64,000 nt of DNA from Leptolyngbyaceae cyanobacterium (GTDB taxonomy: Bacteria; Cyanobacteriota; Cyanobacteriia; Phormidesmidales; Phormidesmidaceae). The translations under genes and the position numbers were made by a program. The stretch lies in assembly GCA_965263355.1 (NCBI GenBank), contig CBDHHL010000032.1, positions 768,001 through 832,000 of the forward strand, in the 5' to 3' direction. The notes under the pieces are model-generated. The model ran no database searches. It saw only the letters and a program-made list of their open reading frames with translations, and had not been told where the DNA came from. Of the stretch, positions 42,434-52,490 are shown one piece after another; positions within the stretch are counted from its first letter, which is position 1, and the number at the start of each line of letters is the position of its first letter.

Positions 42434-43750
42434 TTAAGACTGCTGGGCAAATTGCTCAGGATAGATACCCCAATTCACCCACCGAATCGCCTCCCTGGCG
42501 GACTGCACGTTAGGAGGTACTCGAATCGCATGAATAAAATTAGTGCTGGGACATACCATTTTCAATAAACAAATGGACTGGCCATCAATATCATCAACCA
42601 GTTCATTTAATTTGAGTAAGGTATATTCTTGCCAAACATCCATCTCTGAAGCATGTAGCTCCCGACAGATGCGATCGTAACCAATACCCTGGATTAAAAT
42701 TCGCCGCAGTTCAGCATTGGTTTCATCTAATAACCACGTTGAAGCCCAGTTTTCAGGTTTAACCTGTCCATATTTTTTAGGCAGCGCTACACCATGATGA
42801 AAATAAAGACCATAGCCGTCTGCATATAAAACAGAAAATTCTCCTTCCGCATGCAGACGCTCACCCGCATCAAATGAGAGCTTGATGGGACGACTGCAAA
42901 CAAAGCAAACGTTCTCATAGGGTAAAATCCAGCCACAATGGCTGGTTAATCCTTGAAAAGCAAACCATTTTTCAGCATCGTATTTACAGTTCAGGCTATT
43001 AATACAAAAATCCCACCACACTCCCTGAACTGCCCAAAGTTCCGGATAAATACATTGATCATACGCAATATAGTGACTGAGTTGCTTGCCTAGACGATGT
43101 ACAAAGCGGCTAAATTGTTGATGCTGCAACAATATCTCTAACCGCTTCAATTGAGAAAGCACAGACTTGTCGCTGATACGACAACGTAGCTTATGCACCA
43201 AGCAAGCCGCCATCTGCATATAAAGCCGACCAACTTGCTTTTCTACCAATTCGGTCAAAGAACGCTTTAATGCCGGATTAGACAGTTTCTGTTTTACTAA
43301 AGATAATTTTTCTACAGACAAACGGCGCTCTGGCTGCTTAATAAGCGGATTTTGCAGTTTTTTTAAGAGAGCACTTTGTTGTGTGCCAAAGGTTTGACTA
43401 CTCTGCTTTTTTAATGAAATACCCAAATTATGTACCAAAAACTGGGCAAGTTGGCTATTCAGGTTGGGACCACATTGGTTGAGATACAATTCAATCTTTT
43501 CAATCAGATCTTGCTCTAAATCGTTAACCAGATTTCCTAAAATCTGTCCCAGAGCAGCATAAGGACTCTCACAAAAAATGACTTGAGGCATTGGTAATTC
43601 TACAGCTGCATAAGCTGTCGTAATCGCCTCAGTTGCACTATTTGGCTCAATTGCTTGTTTGGGAAAGATTTGAGCTTGCCATTTTTTCTCTATCTGCGAC
43701 GCTTGCTTAAGCTGTTTTTGTGTCAGGTTACTTGGTTGTTGCCAAAACAT
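42434..43750 (-). CDS. DUF6745-like domain protein
   Basis: CGWILPYENVCFVCSRP, RLH, YADGYGLYFHHGV, NAELRR, CPST...RVPP...AREAI.W. Confidence 0.75.
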   Translation of the reverse strand: MFWQQPSNLTQKQLKQASQIEKKWQAQIFPKQAIEPNSATEAITTAYAAVELPMPQVIFCESPYAALGQILGNLVNDLEQDLIEKIELYLNQCGPNLNSQLAQFLVHNLGISLKKQSSQTFGTQQSALLKKLQNPLIKQPERRLSVEKLSLVKQKLSNPALKRSLTELVEKQVGRLYMQMAACLVHKLRCRISDKSVLSQLKRLEILLQHQQFSRFVHRLGKQLSHYIAYDQCIYPELWAVQGVWWDFCINSLNCKYDAEKWFAFQGLTSHCGWILPYENVCFVCSRPIKLSFDAGERLHAEGEFSVLYADGYGLYFHHGVALPKKYGQVKPENWASTWLLDETNAELRRILIQGIGYDRICRELHASEMDVWQEYTLLKLNELVDDIDGQSICLLKMVCPSTNFIHAIRVPPNVQSAREAIRWVNWGIYPEQFAQQS

Positions 43751-43798
43751 CTGTTGCCCCCATGAATATTTATGTTTTACCTACAGCTCAAGACAACG

Positions 43799-44368
43799 CT
43801 AATCAACCACATATTTCCAGTTGCTTAAAGGTCTTCGTTTATCAGCTTTCTTTGAGGTAGCTTTATGCTGAATCTTAGCTATCGTTTGGGCAGAGGATAC
43901 AGCTACTGAGGATGTTGATATATAGTCAGTACCATAGTAACTATCTCTATAGTCAAGCACGTCGGCCATCAACTGCTCCTTGGAACTCGCCCTCACATCA
44001 TCAACAATCTCCTTTAAGGACTCTTGTTCAGAGTTTTCTTCAGCAATAAACTCTTGGTCTATTTGCGGCAAAAAAGCACTACTTTTCTGTGGTACATACT
44101 CTCTTTGAATATACACCTTCCAGTTTCCATGGTGAACTTTCAATGGCCGATGTTCATCATGGGACAAAATTGCAAACTTAGATCGAACCTTTAGATAAAG
44201 TTCTCCTTGGCGGGAAAATAATGTGGCAATGCCTTTACTGATGTGATGGGAATGTCCTGTAGAAATGCCTTCTACCAAAGTAAGATGGGACAACTCTTCG
44301 CCAAGCACTTGTGGAGTTGGTAACAGAATGACATCTCCCTGGCGTATTGGTTTCATAAATCCATTCAT
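43799..44368 (-). CDS. Conserved His-rich partner protein of DUF6745 genes
   Basis: RQGDV, EGISTGHSH, HDEH, QREY motifs. Confidence 0.7.
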   Translation of the reverse strand: MNGFMKPIRQGDVILLPTPQVLGEELSHLTLVEGISTGHSHHISKGIATLFSRQGELYLKVRSKFAILSHDEHRPLKVHHGNWKVYIQREYVPQKSSAFLPQIDQEFIAEENSEQESLKEIVDDVRASSKEQLMADVLDYRDSYYGTDYISTSSVAVSSAQTIAKIQHKATSKKADKRRPLSNWKYVVD

Positions 44369-44766
44369 TGAGTCAACATTTGATTAGTACCAACTCTAAA
44401 TAAGATCAACAGGGAACTAACGATACAGGCTGTGTCAACTGGAAGTTCAGTATTGTTAGAAATCGTACTGAAGTATAGCTGTACCCAATCATTTTTGCTC
44501 ACATATCACTGATACACAAATTGAAAATTTTACATTCATTCAGTATTTTTCCTACTATTTTGAATCTTGAGGCTTAAATGATGCCAGTCGGAGAACCCTA
44601 CTTCACAGACTCTGAAGTATTGATAAAGCTTTGATAAAGTTAATTTGAACTAATACTGATCGATGCCAGCCACTTTGCTCGGAACAAAGAATTTATAGGA
44701 TGCCCTGCTTATCAACTAAGACTCGTCTTCCCTCTGAAGAATCGTTGAGGTTTGCATAGGACAACA

Positions 44767-44811
44767 TAAAAATGCCTGTTACTGATTTTTCTACAGCAAC
44801 AGGCATTTTTA
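44767..44811. terminator. Terminator hairpin downstream of the haloperoxidase gene
   Basis: TAAAAATGCCTGTT...AACAGGCATTTTTA. Confidence 0.8.
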
Positions 44812-44858
44812 TCTTTTCAGTCATGACTCAGGAGTTTCCCCTCTCCATCCCTCAGAGC

Positions 44859-47309
44859 CTAACCAAACTTAACCTCAATAACACAATCATCAAAGTCAAG
44901 ATCACCACCATCAGGTAAGTCTTCAAACCCAAAGACATTATCCCCTAATAGACGAACATGGTCCTTACCATCTGCGTTTGCGCCAATGAATGGGAAGTAA
45001 ATTGCAGGATCATTACCAGCATTAGCATCCAACAACTCCTCAATCGTGCCATTAACAACAATAAAGGGAGCAATCATTTGTCCGGCCTCCAGAGTACTGG
45101 TAACCGTCGCAACGCTATTATTCTCTGCAAATAAAGAGATATTAGCAATCCGATTATTCAACGCCGCCTGGATATACTCAGTAGTCACACCAGCACTAAT
45201 AGCATTACCCGTTGAATCTTTGATTTGGCCAGAGATATCATCAATCACGTAAAAGCCCACAACGCTACTCAAAGCCGCTTCACGCTGAATAGTAAAGGTG
45301 ACATCCACTGCCTCAGTCAGACTCGTAAGATCAATAATTTCAGCCTGGGTCACTCCCTGAAAACTAACACCAATCGGAGACGTACTTACCTGGGCAGCAT
45401 TCACAGTCAAACCTGCAATATCGAGGCTAAAATCAACGGTGCTTGTATCTACCTGACGAATATCGGTAAAAGACACGCTGCCACCACCACCGCGTAAAAA
45501 ACTATCTAAGTTCCCCTCACTAATAGAGAAAAAGCTCACATAGCTACCACTCAAAAATGAACGAGTACTTAAAGAGCTAAAGTTAGCACTAAAGTCAGCA
45601 TTACCAGGTATAGGAGAAAATAAAATCGCCCCACGGGCTAAGGCAGCTTCAATGTAACCAGGGTCCCCTGGTGCCAGACCATCGATAGTACCAGTCGCAT
45701 CATCAACAACGACAACCCCTATCTCTAAACTGGCACTCAGCTGTACCAGACTGAACTCAAGATTAATCGTAGTAGCACCATTCGCAAAGGCTTGTACTTG
45801 ATCCCATACTTCATTGCCCACAGCGCGCCCCAGGGAACGACCATTAAGATCACCATCATCAAAATGAATTCCTCCATAAATTCGGGAAAGACCTGCTTCA
45901 TCAGCAGCTTCGGTGAACGTATCCCAAGTTAGTGTAAGCACAGATATTGGAGTAATGCCCGCCTCAAAACGTGACTCACCAGGCTGGAAAGTAATCGAAG
46001 CATCAAACGCATCGCTGTCAGTAAACAGACGTAAAATCTCTGCTCCTGCTGCACTAAAGGAACTATGACCCGAAGTATATTCTGCAAATGGTGGAGACGG
46101 ATCACTACCAGGTGTCTGATAAGTCAAAAAGTTCTCAGCAAGAATCGTTTGGGTACCTGCATCAGGAGACCAGGCATCAATCACAAACCCCGTCTCACCA
46201 GTAACTGCATCAGTACCAATCGTGCCATTGTTAAGCAAGCCCAGTGCTCCCAGCTCACGAATAGCCCGAACAGGACGTACATAATCGTAAAAGAGCTTGG
46301 CTTCCCAGGTAGCGACGCCAGCATCAAATACGGCATTGCCCAGGGCAAAAAATAGCTCTGCGTCTTCATCCAGACTATGATCATCTCGGGCAGAGACAAA
46401 CTGGCCAAAGGTCATCCAGGTACCGGGAGGGAAGGATGTACCACCGCCATCTTCCCAGAATTCTGCAATTAACTTTTGCTCATCAGTCAGGTTAGCACTC
46501 GCCGCAACAACTCGCTCAGTTTGTTCGATAAACGCTGGATTGATGATTGTCCCTACAAGAGACGGGGTAATCACCTCTACTGTATTATTAGCCAGGGTAA
46601 TGGTCCCTGCATCCAGATCTACAGTTGCTCCATCAACTAGTAAGAAGGGTTCTGGTGCTACAGGTCGTAGAATACTAGGAGAGTCTAAGGCAAAGGGATC
46701 GACAAAGCCCCACTGAGGTGTCAAAAACTGTTGTTGATTACCCACAGAGTCAATAGGTACAAACTCAGGGGTCCACTTCTCTAAATCAGTAATGTTGTTA
46801 GAACCGGCATTAACAGGTTGATAATTCGTATTATCAATATAGCCATTAAGCTGGTTAGAACCATCCTGACGACGCACCTGCATCAATGCCTCTGCAGAAA
46901 CGTTACCGATGCCAGCCGCAGTACTTGTATTAGTCGTTGTGTTATTAGGATCAAATCCCAACTCAACCATGAGCTGATCAAAAATTGCCCGCTGGGTAGG
47001 AAACAGCTCTATCAACACTCGATAGGCGGCAAAGCTCATAGCTTCAATTTTATTGGCCTCTGTATTTTCAGAGAGAGGGCGCTGCAGATCATCACCTAAC
47101 TGTGTCGCCACAGCCCCTAGATCATAGGCTGCCCAGGCATCAAACATAGCAGTGTGCAGAATACTGTAAGCCCGTGACGCAATCGTAGGTCCCGGTGCTG
47201 TATTGATAACAGCTGCTTGTACGACCTGGTCCCACCTGACTGAGATAGTCGGGGATGGATCGTCCACCGTTACCAGTTGGGAAATAGGATCTAGGATTAA
47301 TTCAGACAT
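44859..47309 (-). CDS. Vanadium-dependent haloperoxidase (PAP2 superfamily) fused to a DUF4114-like C-terminal region
   Basis: K-x6-RP (KLFYDYVRP), PPFAEYTSGHS, SRIYGGIHF; C-terminal DHVRLLGDNVFGFEDL..GGDLDFDD. Confidence 0.85.
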   Translation of the reverse strand: MSELILDPISQLVTVDDPSPTISVRWDQVVQAAVINTAPGPTIASRAYSILHTAMFDAWAAYDLGAVATQLGDDLQRPLSENTEANKIEAMSFAAYRVLIELFPTQRAIFDQLMVELGFDPNNTTTNTSTAAGIGNVSAEALMQVRRQDGSNQLNGYIDNTNYQPVNAGSNNITDLEKWTPEFVPIDSVGNQQQFLTPQWGFVDPFALDSPSILRPVAPEPFLLVDGATVDLDAGTITLANNTVEVITPSLVGTIINPAFIEQTERVVAASANLTDEQKLIAEFWEDGGGTSFPPGTWMTFGQFVSARDDHSLDEDAELFFALGNAVFDAGVATWEAKLFYDYVRPVRAIRELGALGLLNNGTIGTDAVTGETGFVIDAWSPDAGTQTILAENFLTYQTPGSDPSPPFAEYTSGHSSFSAAGAEILRLFTDSDAFDASITFQPGESRFEAGITPISVLTLTWDTFTEAADEAGLSRIYGGIHFDDGDLNGRSLGRAVGNEVWDQVQAFANGATTINLEFSLVQLSASLEIGVVVVDDATGTIDGLAPGDPGYIEAALARGAILFSPIPGNADFSANFSSLSTRSFLSGSYVSFFSISEGNLDSFLRGGGGSVSFTDIRQVDTSTVDFSLDIAGLTVNAAQVSTSPIGVSFQGVTQAEIIDLTSLTEAVDVTFTIQREAALSSVVGFYVIDDISGQIKDSTGNAISAGVTTEYIQAALNNRIANISLFAENNSVATVTSTLEAGQMIAPFIVVNGTIEELLDANAGNDPAIYFPFIGANADGKDHVRLLGDNVFGFEDLPDGGDLDFDDCVIEVKFG

Positions 47310-47930
47310 ATTTAATAAATCTCATAAGCACAAAAACCTGTGGCCCCCACAGAAACATTACCTTTGTAAAGAAACCAACAGAGAAATCCAAGCTCAAGAA
47401 CATGAGTCCTAATCATGAAATATTGGCATTCAGCATTGTTTATTCTTTGAGTGTTTTATGCCACACCTAGCGAGACATATCAGGTAGCAGAAAATTCTCA
47501 GTTAAATAAAACAGGTAGGGGCACTAACAAGTTCGTTGACATAATTAGGGACTTAGGGCACGTACGAGAAGTTTCACCATACGAACATTTGGCAAGATAT
47601 ATGTTATGTCCTCACATTCAAGGGGTGTTTCTCTAAAGTTCTTACTAAGTCATCAATAACATTCATGAAAACCTACAGATCAAATAATCATCGTAGTCGA
47701 AACAGAATAAAGAGACTCTTATTGCCATCAAAAAATTCTCATTAATACCAAAGGAAATCTGGCTACACCACCACAGACAAAGGTAATGATAAATAACTGC
47801 AAGGTCCATCAAGCTGCCTGTAGTAGGGCAAAAATAATATCTAAGAGATTTAAGAGACTCAGATCTCTCAGAGCATCCCTCAGATATATTGCTATCACTT
47901 GCCAACCTAAAGTGAGGGCTCGCGCCTAAA

Positions 47931-49967
47931 CTACTGCACCACTAAGGTTTTTACATAGCCTGCTAACTCAGGACTAAACCGAGCAATAAAACCATCATCG
48001 GCACCGTAGAGTTCAATCGGCAGCTGTGTCCGCTTACCAATGTTGATCACCTCTTGTAACAGGGCATTGATTTCAACAATCATCTGGGCAGACGCTGGCA
48101 CAGTAGTATTTCGATTATTTGGCTCGGTAATAGAAAAATCCGCCAGAGCATCATAATCTTTAGCTAATTTGAGCTGTACTGTACCGCCCTTCATGCCAAA
48201 CTGACAAAACGTCGGCTTACAAACACTGGAAAAATCGTCCTTAGCCTTATCAAATCGAATGGCTAACCGCAGATTCTCTTGGGCTTGGGATAGAGCTGGC
48301 TCATAGTTTTTTAGCAAGGTTTGGCTATCCGCATAGCGTGACGTACCAACCGGTACTCCTTTTACCTGGGTAATGGCATCTCGCCATCCCAACATCGCCA
48401 ACGTCCACTGTTCCTCTGCTTCATATTGACGGGCAGTGGCCGCATGGCGCACGGCTTCGTTATAGAACTGATCGGCAGCCTGTTCTTTTTGATAGCGTGT
48501 GCGGACCTCAGCTAGATCAGTCTCGTATTTGGCTAACAGCTTACCTGCCTCGCCGTGAGCCATCGTCCCTTTGGGAATCTGTTTGAGCTGTTTAACAGAT
48601 TTATCCCAAGAGTCTAGGGCCGTTTTCCAAGCAGATAGCGTATTAGCTATTTCCGCTTGATCCTTAGCTAAGGCCCCGGTCAACTGAGCCTGATTCAGGT
48701 TTTCCTCCGCCCTTTGTTCCGCCAAGATCCTGTCTTCAATCGCCGCTAGGTTATTCCGATATTCCTGTAACTTTGGGGTAACAAACGCGTTGTAAATAGG
48801 ACTCCCTGTCGGAATCTCTTCCAGCTGAGCAATGGTCTCACGCCAACGATTAGCAATCCCATCCCAGTGGGCAATGGGATGGGGGGGATTTTGACTGTCC
48901 TTGGCCGCTTGGTAGGCATTTTCCTGGGCCGCTGCCACAGCATTAAGTAAATTTGCTTCACCTTGATAATTAGCCAATAATGATTGGGCATCTGATCGAT
49001 ATCGTGACCATGGTGGAATGGGTTTGAGGGTATCCACAGCTGTATTTAGCTGTTCACTCATATCGATTACCGTTTGGGGGGTTGGCTGATCTTTAAGGGC
49101 AATTAAGGCCGCATCACCTAGAGCTTGAGCCTGCTGGATGCGATCGCACCCCCCCAGCACACAGGGTCGACTTAAACCATACCCTAAGCCCCCAAATATA
49201 GCCGCCACACCAATCCCAGCCACCACCAAACTGAGGGGAAAACGAGGTTGATCAAAATCATCATCCTCTGGCTCAGCCCCCTCTACAAAGACCGACTCAC
49301 CCATGCCATCATCGGGCATTTCCTCTGAATCATGCTCGTAGAGCCCATTCAAATTTAAGAGTTGCTCAACAGATGGTTCATCGTCAATTGCAGACTCCTC
49401 TATGGACAGTAAATCCTCACCAAATTTGAGTTCCTCACCGGATAAAAGTTCTCCTTCACCAGATAAAAATTCCTCTTCAGAGAGATCTCCCGTTACCTCA
49501 TCCTCATCCCCAGCATCACTCTCAAACAAACTGACAGGAGCAACTTCCGGTTGACGACTTAATAATGGCTCAAAGACTTGATCATCAAGGGCCATGTCAT
49601 CTAAAAAAACAGGTCCAGAACTATCCTGTAGTAACCAATTAAACCGATGCACCGCAATCGGTTTTGGCATCGATGGCTGCTTTAAATACACCTTAATTGG
49701 AATAGGTTTCCCTGTAGCACCTAAATGCTCAGCCTCTACAGGTAGTCCTTCAATCTCTAAGCGATGACGAATCGAAGTTTCTGCCTGGGCAAATACATAC
49801 TGTTCAGGCACCGTATCCATATGGGGACTTTCTAACAAAACCATGAGTTTACCCCGGCTAACGGCACACTGTACCGTTATCTCCTCAGGCACCTCCGGCG
49901 TCCTACTCAAATCGTAGGTCAGATCTACCGCCAGGCGGCTTAGGGTAAACGCCGACGCTAAACTCAT
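47931..49967 (-). CDS. Conserved hypothetical bitopic membrane protein (acidic linker, helical-repeat ectodomain)
   Basis: E/D-rich linker, one TM, RPCVLGGC, repeated W..A...L..IP.G modules. Confidence 0.8.
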   Translation of the reverse strand: MSLASAFTLSRLAVDLTYDLSRTPEVPEEITVQCAVSRGKLMVLLESPHMDTVPEQYVFAQAETSIRHRLEIEGLPVEAEHLGATGKPIPIKVYLKQPSMPKPIAVHRFNWLLQDSSGPVFLDDMALDDQVFEPLLSRQPEVAPVSLFESDAGDEDEVTGDLSEEEFLSGEGELLSGEELKFGEDLLSIEESAIDDEPSVEQLLNLNGLYEHDSEEMPDDGMGESVFVEGAEPEDDDFDQPRFPLSLVVAGIGVAAIFGGLGYGLSRPCVLGGCDRIQQAQALGDAALIALKDQPTPQTVIDMSEQLNTAVDTLKPIPPWSRYRSDAQSLLANYQGEANLLNAVAAAQENAYQAAKDSQNPPHPIAHWDGIANRWRETIAQLEEIPTGSPIYNAFVTPKLQEYRNNLAAIEDRILAEQRAEENLNQAQLTGALAKDQAEIANTLSAWKTALDSWDKSVKQLKQIPKGTMAHGEAGKLLAKYETDLAEVRTRYQKEQAADQFYNEAVRHAATARQYEAEEQWTLAMLGWRDAITQVKGVPVGTSRYADSQTLLKNYEPALSQAQENLRLAIRFDKAKDDFSSVCKPTFCQFGMKGGTVQLKLAKDYDALADFSITEPNNRNTTVPASAQMIVEINALLQEVINIGKRTQLPIELYGADDGFIARFSPELAGYVKTLVVQ

Positions 49968-50262
49968 GCTCTACGCCTCCACAACGTCAACCAGCAGGGC
50001 AATCGCCCTAGTAAACAACTGTCTAAAGACAACCAATGCATCATCTAACCATAGGTTTGGTCCCTAGTTTACCCACACATTCAATGTGGAAAGGGCCAAG
50101 GGTATCAAAGCTATTGAATAGTGGCCTATTGTTTACGTTTTCGCAAGCCCTTTTCCCCTTTGTTCAACACCTATTTGCATAATCCCCCTAAATCAAGGGA
50201 CAAATAATAGTCAAATCCCCAGCACACGTTACCCTAGAACTCAACCATATCCCCCGAAACCA

Positions 50263-50401
50263 AGCCATGTCCAAGTTGAAACTGGTAATTCCTCTGCAGA
50301 CAAATGCTAGACCACATCTAAGTTGAAGCCGGTAGGTTTTTCACCGGAAAAATAACCATCCCGGATGTGGAAAAGGTTTATTTCTGGACATGGATAAGAT
50401 T
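50263..50401 (+). mobile_element. Nested pair of 69-bp elements: outer copy E interrupted by inner copy D (50310-50378)
   Basis: Outer CCATGTCCA...TGGACATGG; inner CCACATCTA...CGGATGTGG flanked by TA at 50308-09 and 50379-80. Confidence 0.8.
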
Positions 50402-50427
50402 TAGTTCGTTTTTCTCGCAGTGATCAG

Positions 50428-51162
50428 ATGAACATCCTAATTGTTGAAGACGAAGTTGATATTGCTAACCTGATTCAGCTTTATCTGACAAATGAAAACT
50501 TCATCACTGAAATCTGTACCAGCGGGACCGAGGCCCTAGAACGCTTTCCTATTTTTCAACCAGACCTGATTATCCTGGATTTGATGATCCCAGGATTAGA
50601 TGGTTTAGAAGTCTGCGCCCGCATTCGTCAGACACCGGGCAAAAAAGATCCCTACATATTGATGCTGACTGCTAGAGGGGAAGAGCTTGATCGCATTATC
50701 GGCCTCTCCACAGGAGCCGATGACTACATGGTCAAACCCTTTAGCCCCCGTGAACTCGTTGCTCGGGTAAGGGCTTTACTACGCCGTAGTCTGCGAGGAT
50801 CAGACCCTGGTCAAGACTATCAGACGGCTCACTTTACCATCAACCTTAATCAACGCACCGTTCTTTACAAACAGCCAGCTCAACGGTTAGCCAATCAAGG
50901 TTCAACCACTATTACCTTAGATTTGACGCCGTTAGAATTTGATTTGCTAGCCACATTTTTGAGCTACCCTGGTCGCGTCTGGAACCGCCCACAGCTGATC
51001 GAAAAGCTCTGGGGAGACAAGTTCTTTGGCGATGAACGGGTAGTCGATACTCACATTGCTCGTCTGCGTAAAAAAATCGAACCCAACCCAACCCAACCGA
51101 TGTTTATCAAAACCGTTGTCGGTGTTGGTTATAGATTTGAAGATGGCCCTATGGGTTCTTAA
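50428..51162 (+). CDS. OmpR-family response regulator
   Basis: VEDE, LDLMIPG, GADDYMVKPF, winged-helix VDTHIARLRKK, TVVGVGY. Confidence 0.96.
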   Translation: MNILIVEDEVDIANLIQLYLTNENFITEICTSGTEALERFPIFQPDLIILDLMIPGLDGLEVCARIRQTPGKKDPYILMLTARGEELDRIIGLSTGADDYMVKPFSPRELVARVRALLRRSLRGSDPGQDYQTAHFTINLNQRTVLYKQPAQRLANQGSTTITLDLTPLEFDLLATFLSYPGRVWNRPQLIEKLWGDKFFGDERVVDTHIARLRKKIEPNPTQPMFIKTVVGVGYRFEDGPMGS

Positions 51163-51194
51163 CGCTTAAAACTCCCCCTTATTGCCTTTAGTAC

Positions 51195-52313
51195 ATGGCA
51201 AAAGTCCCGTCAAATATCAGTTTACGCACCAGATTACTGCTATCCCACCTGATCGTTATGGCAGTGGCGATCATCGCCCTCGCTGGTGTCAGTCGTCTTT
51301 CCACCCCCCGATATTTTGTGGTCACCTTAGAACGGCTAGAAGGCAGAGGTATTCGCATTCAACAAATGCGTGGCCAAATTTTAGAAAGCTTTACCGACGC
51401 CTGGGCAAGGGGCATGATCTGGTCAGTCCTGTTGGGTGGCGGGGCCGCTGGCGGCATTAGCTATTTACTATCGCGACGGATAATTCGTCCGCTTACCCGC
51501 ATGGAACGTATTACCCAACGTTTCGCGGCTGGGGATTGGGCCGCCCGTGTCCCCGCTTCAGATATTCCAGAGTTACACCAACTTGGCCACAGCTTTAACC
51601 GCATGGCAAGCGACCTAGAACAGGTGGAACAACAGCGACGTGAGCTAGTCAGCGACCTATCCCATGAACTACGTACACCCCTCACCATCATTCGTGGCTA
51701 CCTTGAAGCCCTGACCGATAAAAAATTGACTGCCACGCCTGAGACTTACGCCTGCCTAATTCGTGAAACCCAACGACTGCAGCGTCTAGTGGAAGATTTA
51801 CAAGAACTCTCCAAGTTGGAGGCGGGCTATCTACCCATTCAACGGCAATGCTTGGACCTAGAACCGTTAATTCGGCAGGTCACTCAGCGGTTTCGAGATC
51901 AACAGATTGCATTGGAAAATCCGCAAATTGTCGTAGATGTGGCTGCTGTTCTCCCCGCTGCTGACGCTGACGCTGCCCGTACTGAACAAATTTTGGTTAA
52001 CTTACTCAGTAATGCCCTGCAGTACACAGACACTGGCAAAATAACGGTTAAAGCGTGGCATCAGGCAGAACGGGTTTGGCTATCGGTACGGGATACAGGT
52101 ATCGGTATCGCTGACACCGATTTACCCCATGTTTTTGAACGATTCTGGCGAGCCGATCGCTCTCGTAGCCGCCGTTCTGGCGGTACTGGCATTGGTCTGG
52201 CCATTTGCAAACGTTTGGTCGAACTACAGGGAGGCGAAATTTATGTCAGCAGCCAAATCAACCAGGGCAGCACATTTAAATTTTGGTTGCCTAAAGCTAC
52301 GCAAACCCACTAA
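51195..52313 (+). CDS. HAMP-domain sensor histidine kinase (BaeS-like), cognate of upstream regulator
   Basis: Two TMs, HAMP, SHELRTPL, NALQY, DTGIGI, GTGIGL. Confidence 0.95.
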   Translation: MAKVPSNISLRTRLLLSHLIVMAVAIIALAGVSRLSTPRYFVVTLERLEGRGIRIQQMRGQILESFTDAWARGMIWSVLLGGGAAGGISYLLSRRIIRPLTRMERITQRFAAGDWAARVPASDIPELHQLGHSFNRMASDLEQVEQQRRELVSDLSHELRTPLTIIRGYLEALTDKKLTATPETYACLIRETQRLQRLVEDLQELSKLEAGYLPIQRQCLDLEPLIRQVTQRFRDQQIALENPQIVVDVAAVLPAADADAARTEQILVNLLSNALQYTDTGKITVKAWHQAERVWLSVRDTGIGIADTDLPHVFERFWRADRSRSRRSGGTGIGLAICKRLVELQGGEIYVSSQINQGSTFKFWLPKATQTH

Positions 52314-52490
52314 GTTTTAACATAGATGGAATACCAACGGATTACAATCCATGAAGTGATAGGTCATAATAATGAGTACTGATGACCGTCACTGCGGACA
52401 CTCAACTGATGGATAGCCGCTGTTAGCAGCGTGGTTATTCGATTGAGCTTTCTTGACCTGCGGCCAATACCTGTCCGCTTCATTGCACTC

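Noticed and set aside
47451..47905. Short ORFs 47451-47636 and 47663-47905, and 57858-58121
   Set aside because: Non-ATG starts or low-information AT-rich sequence, with no motifs.
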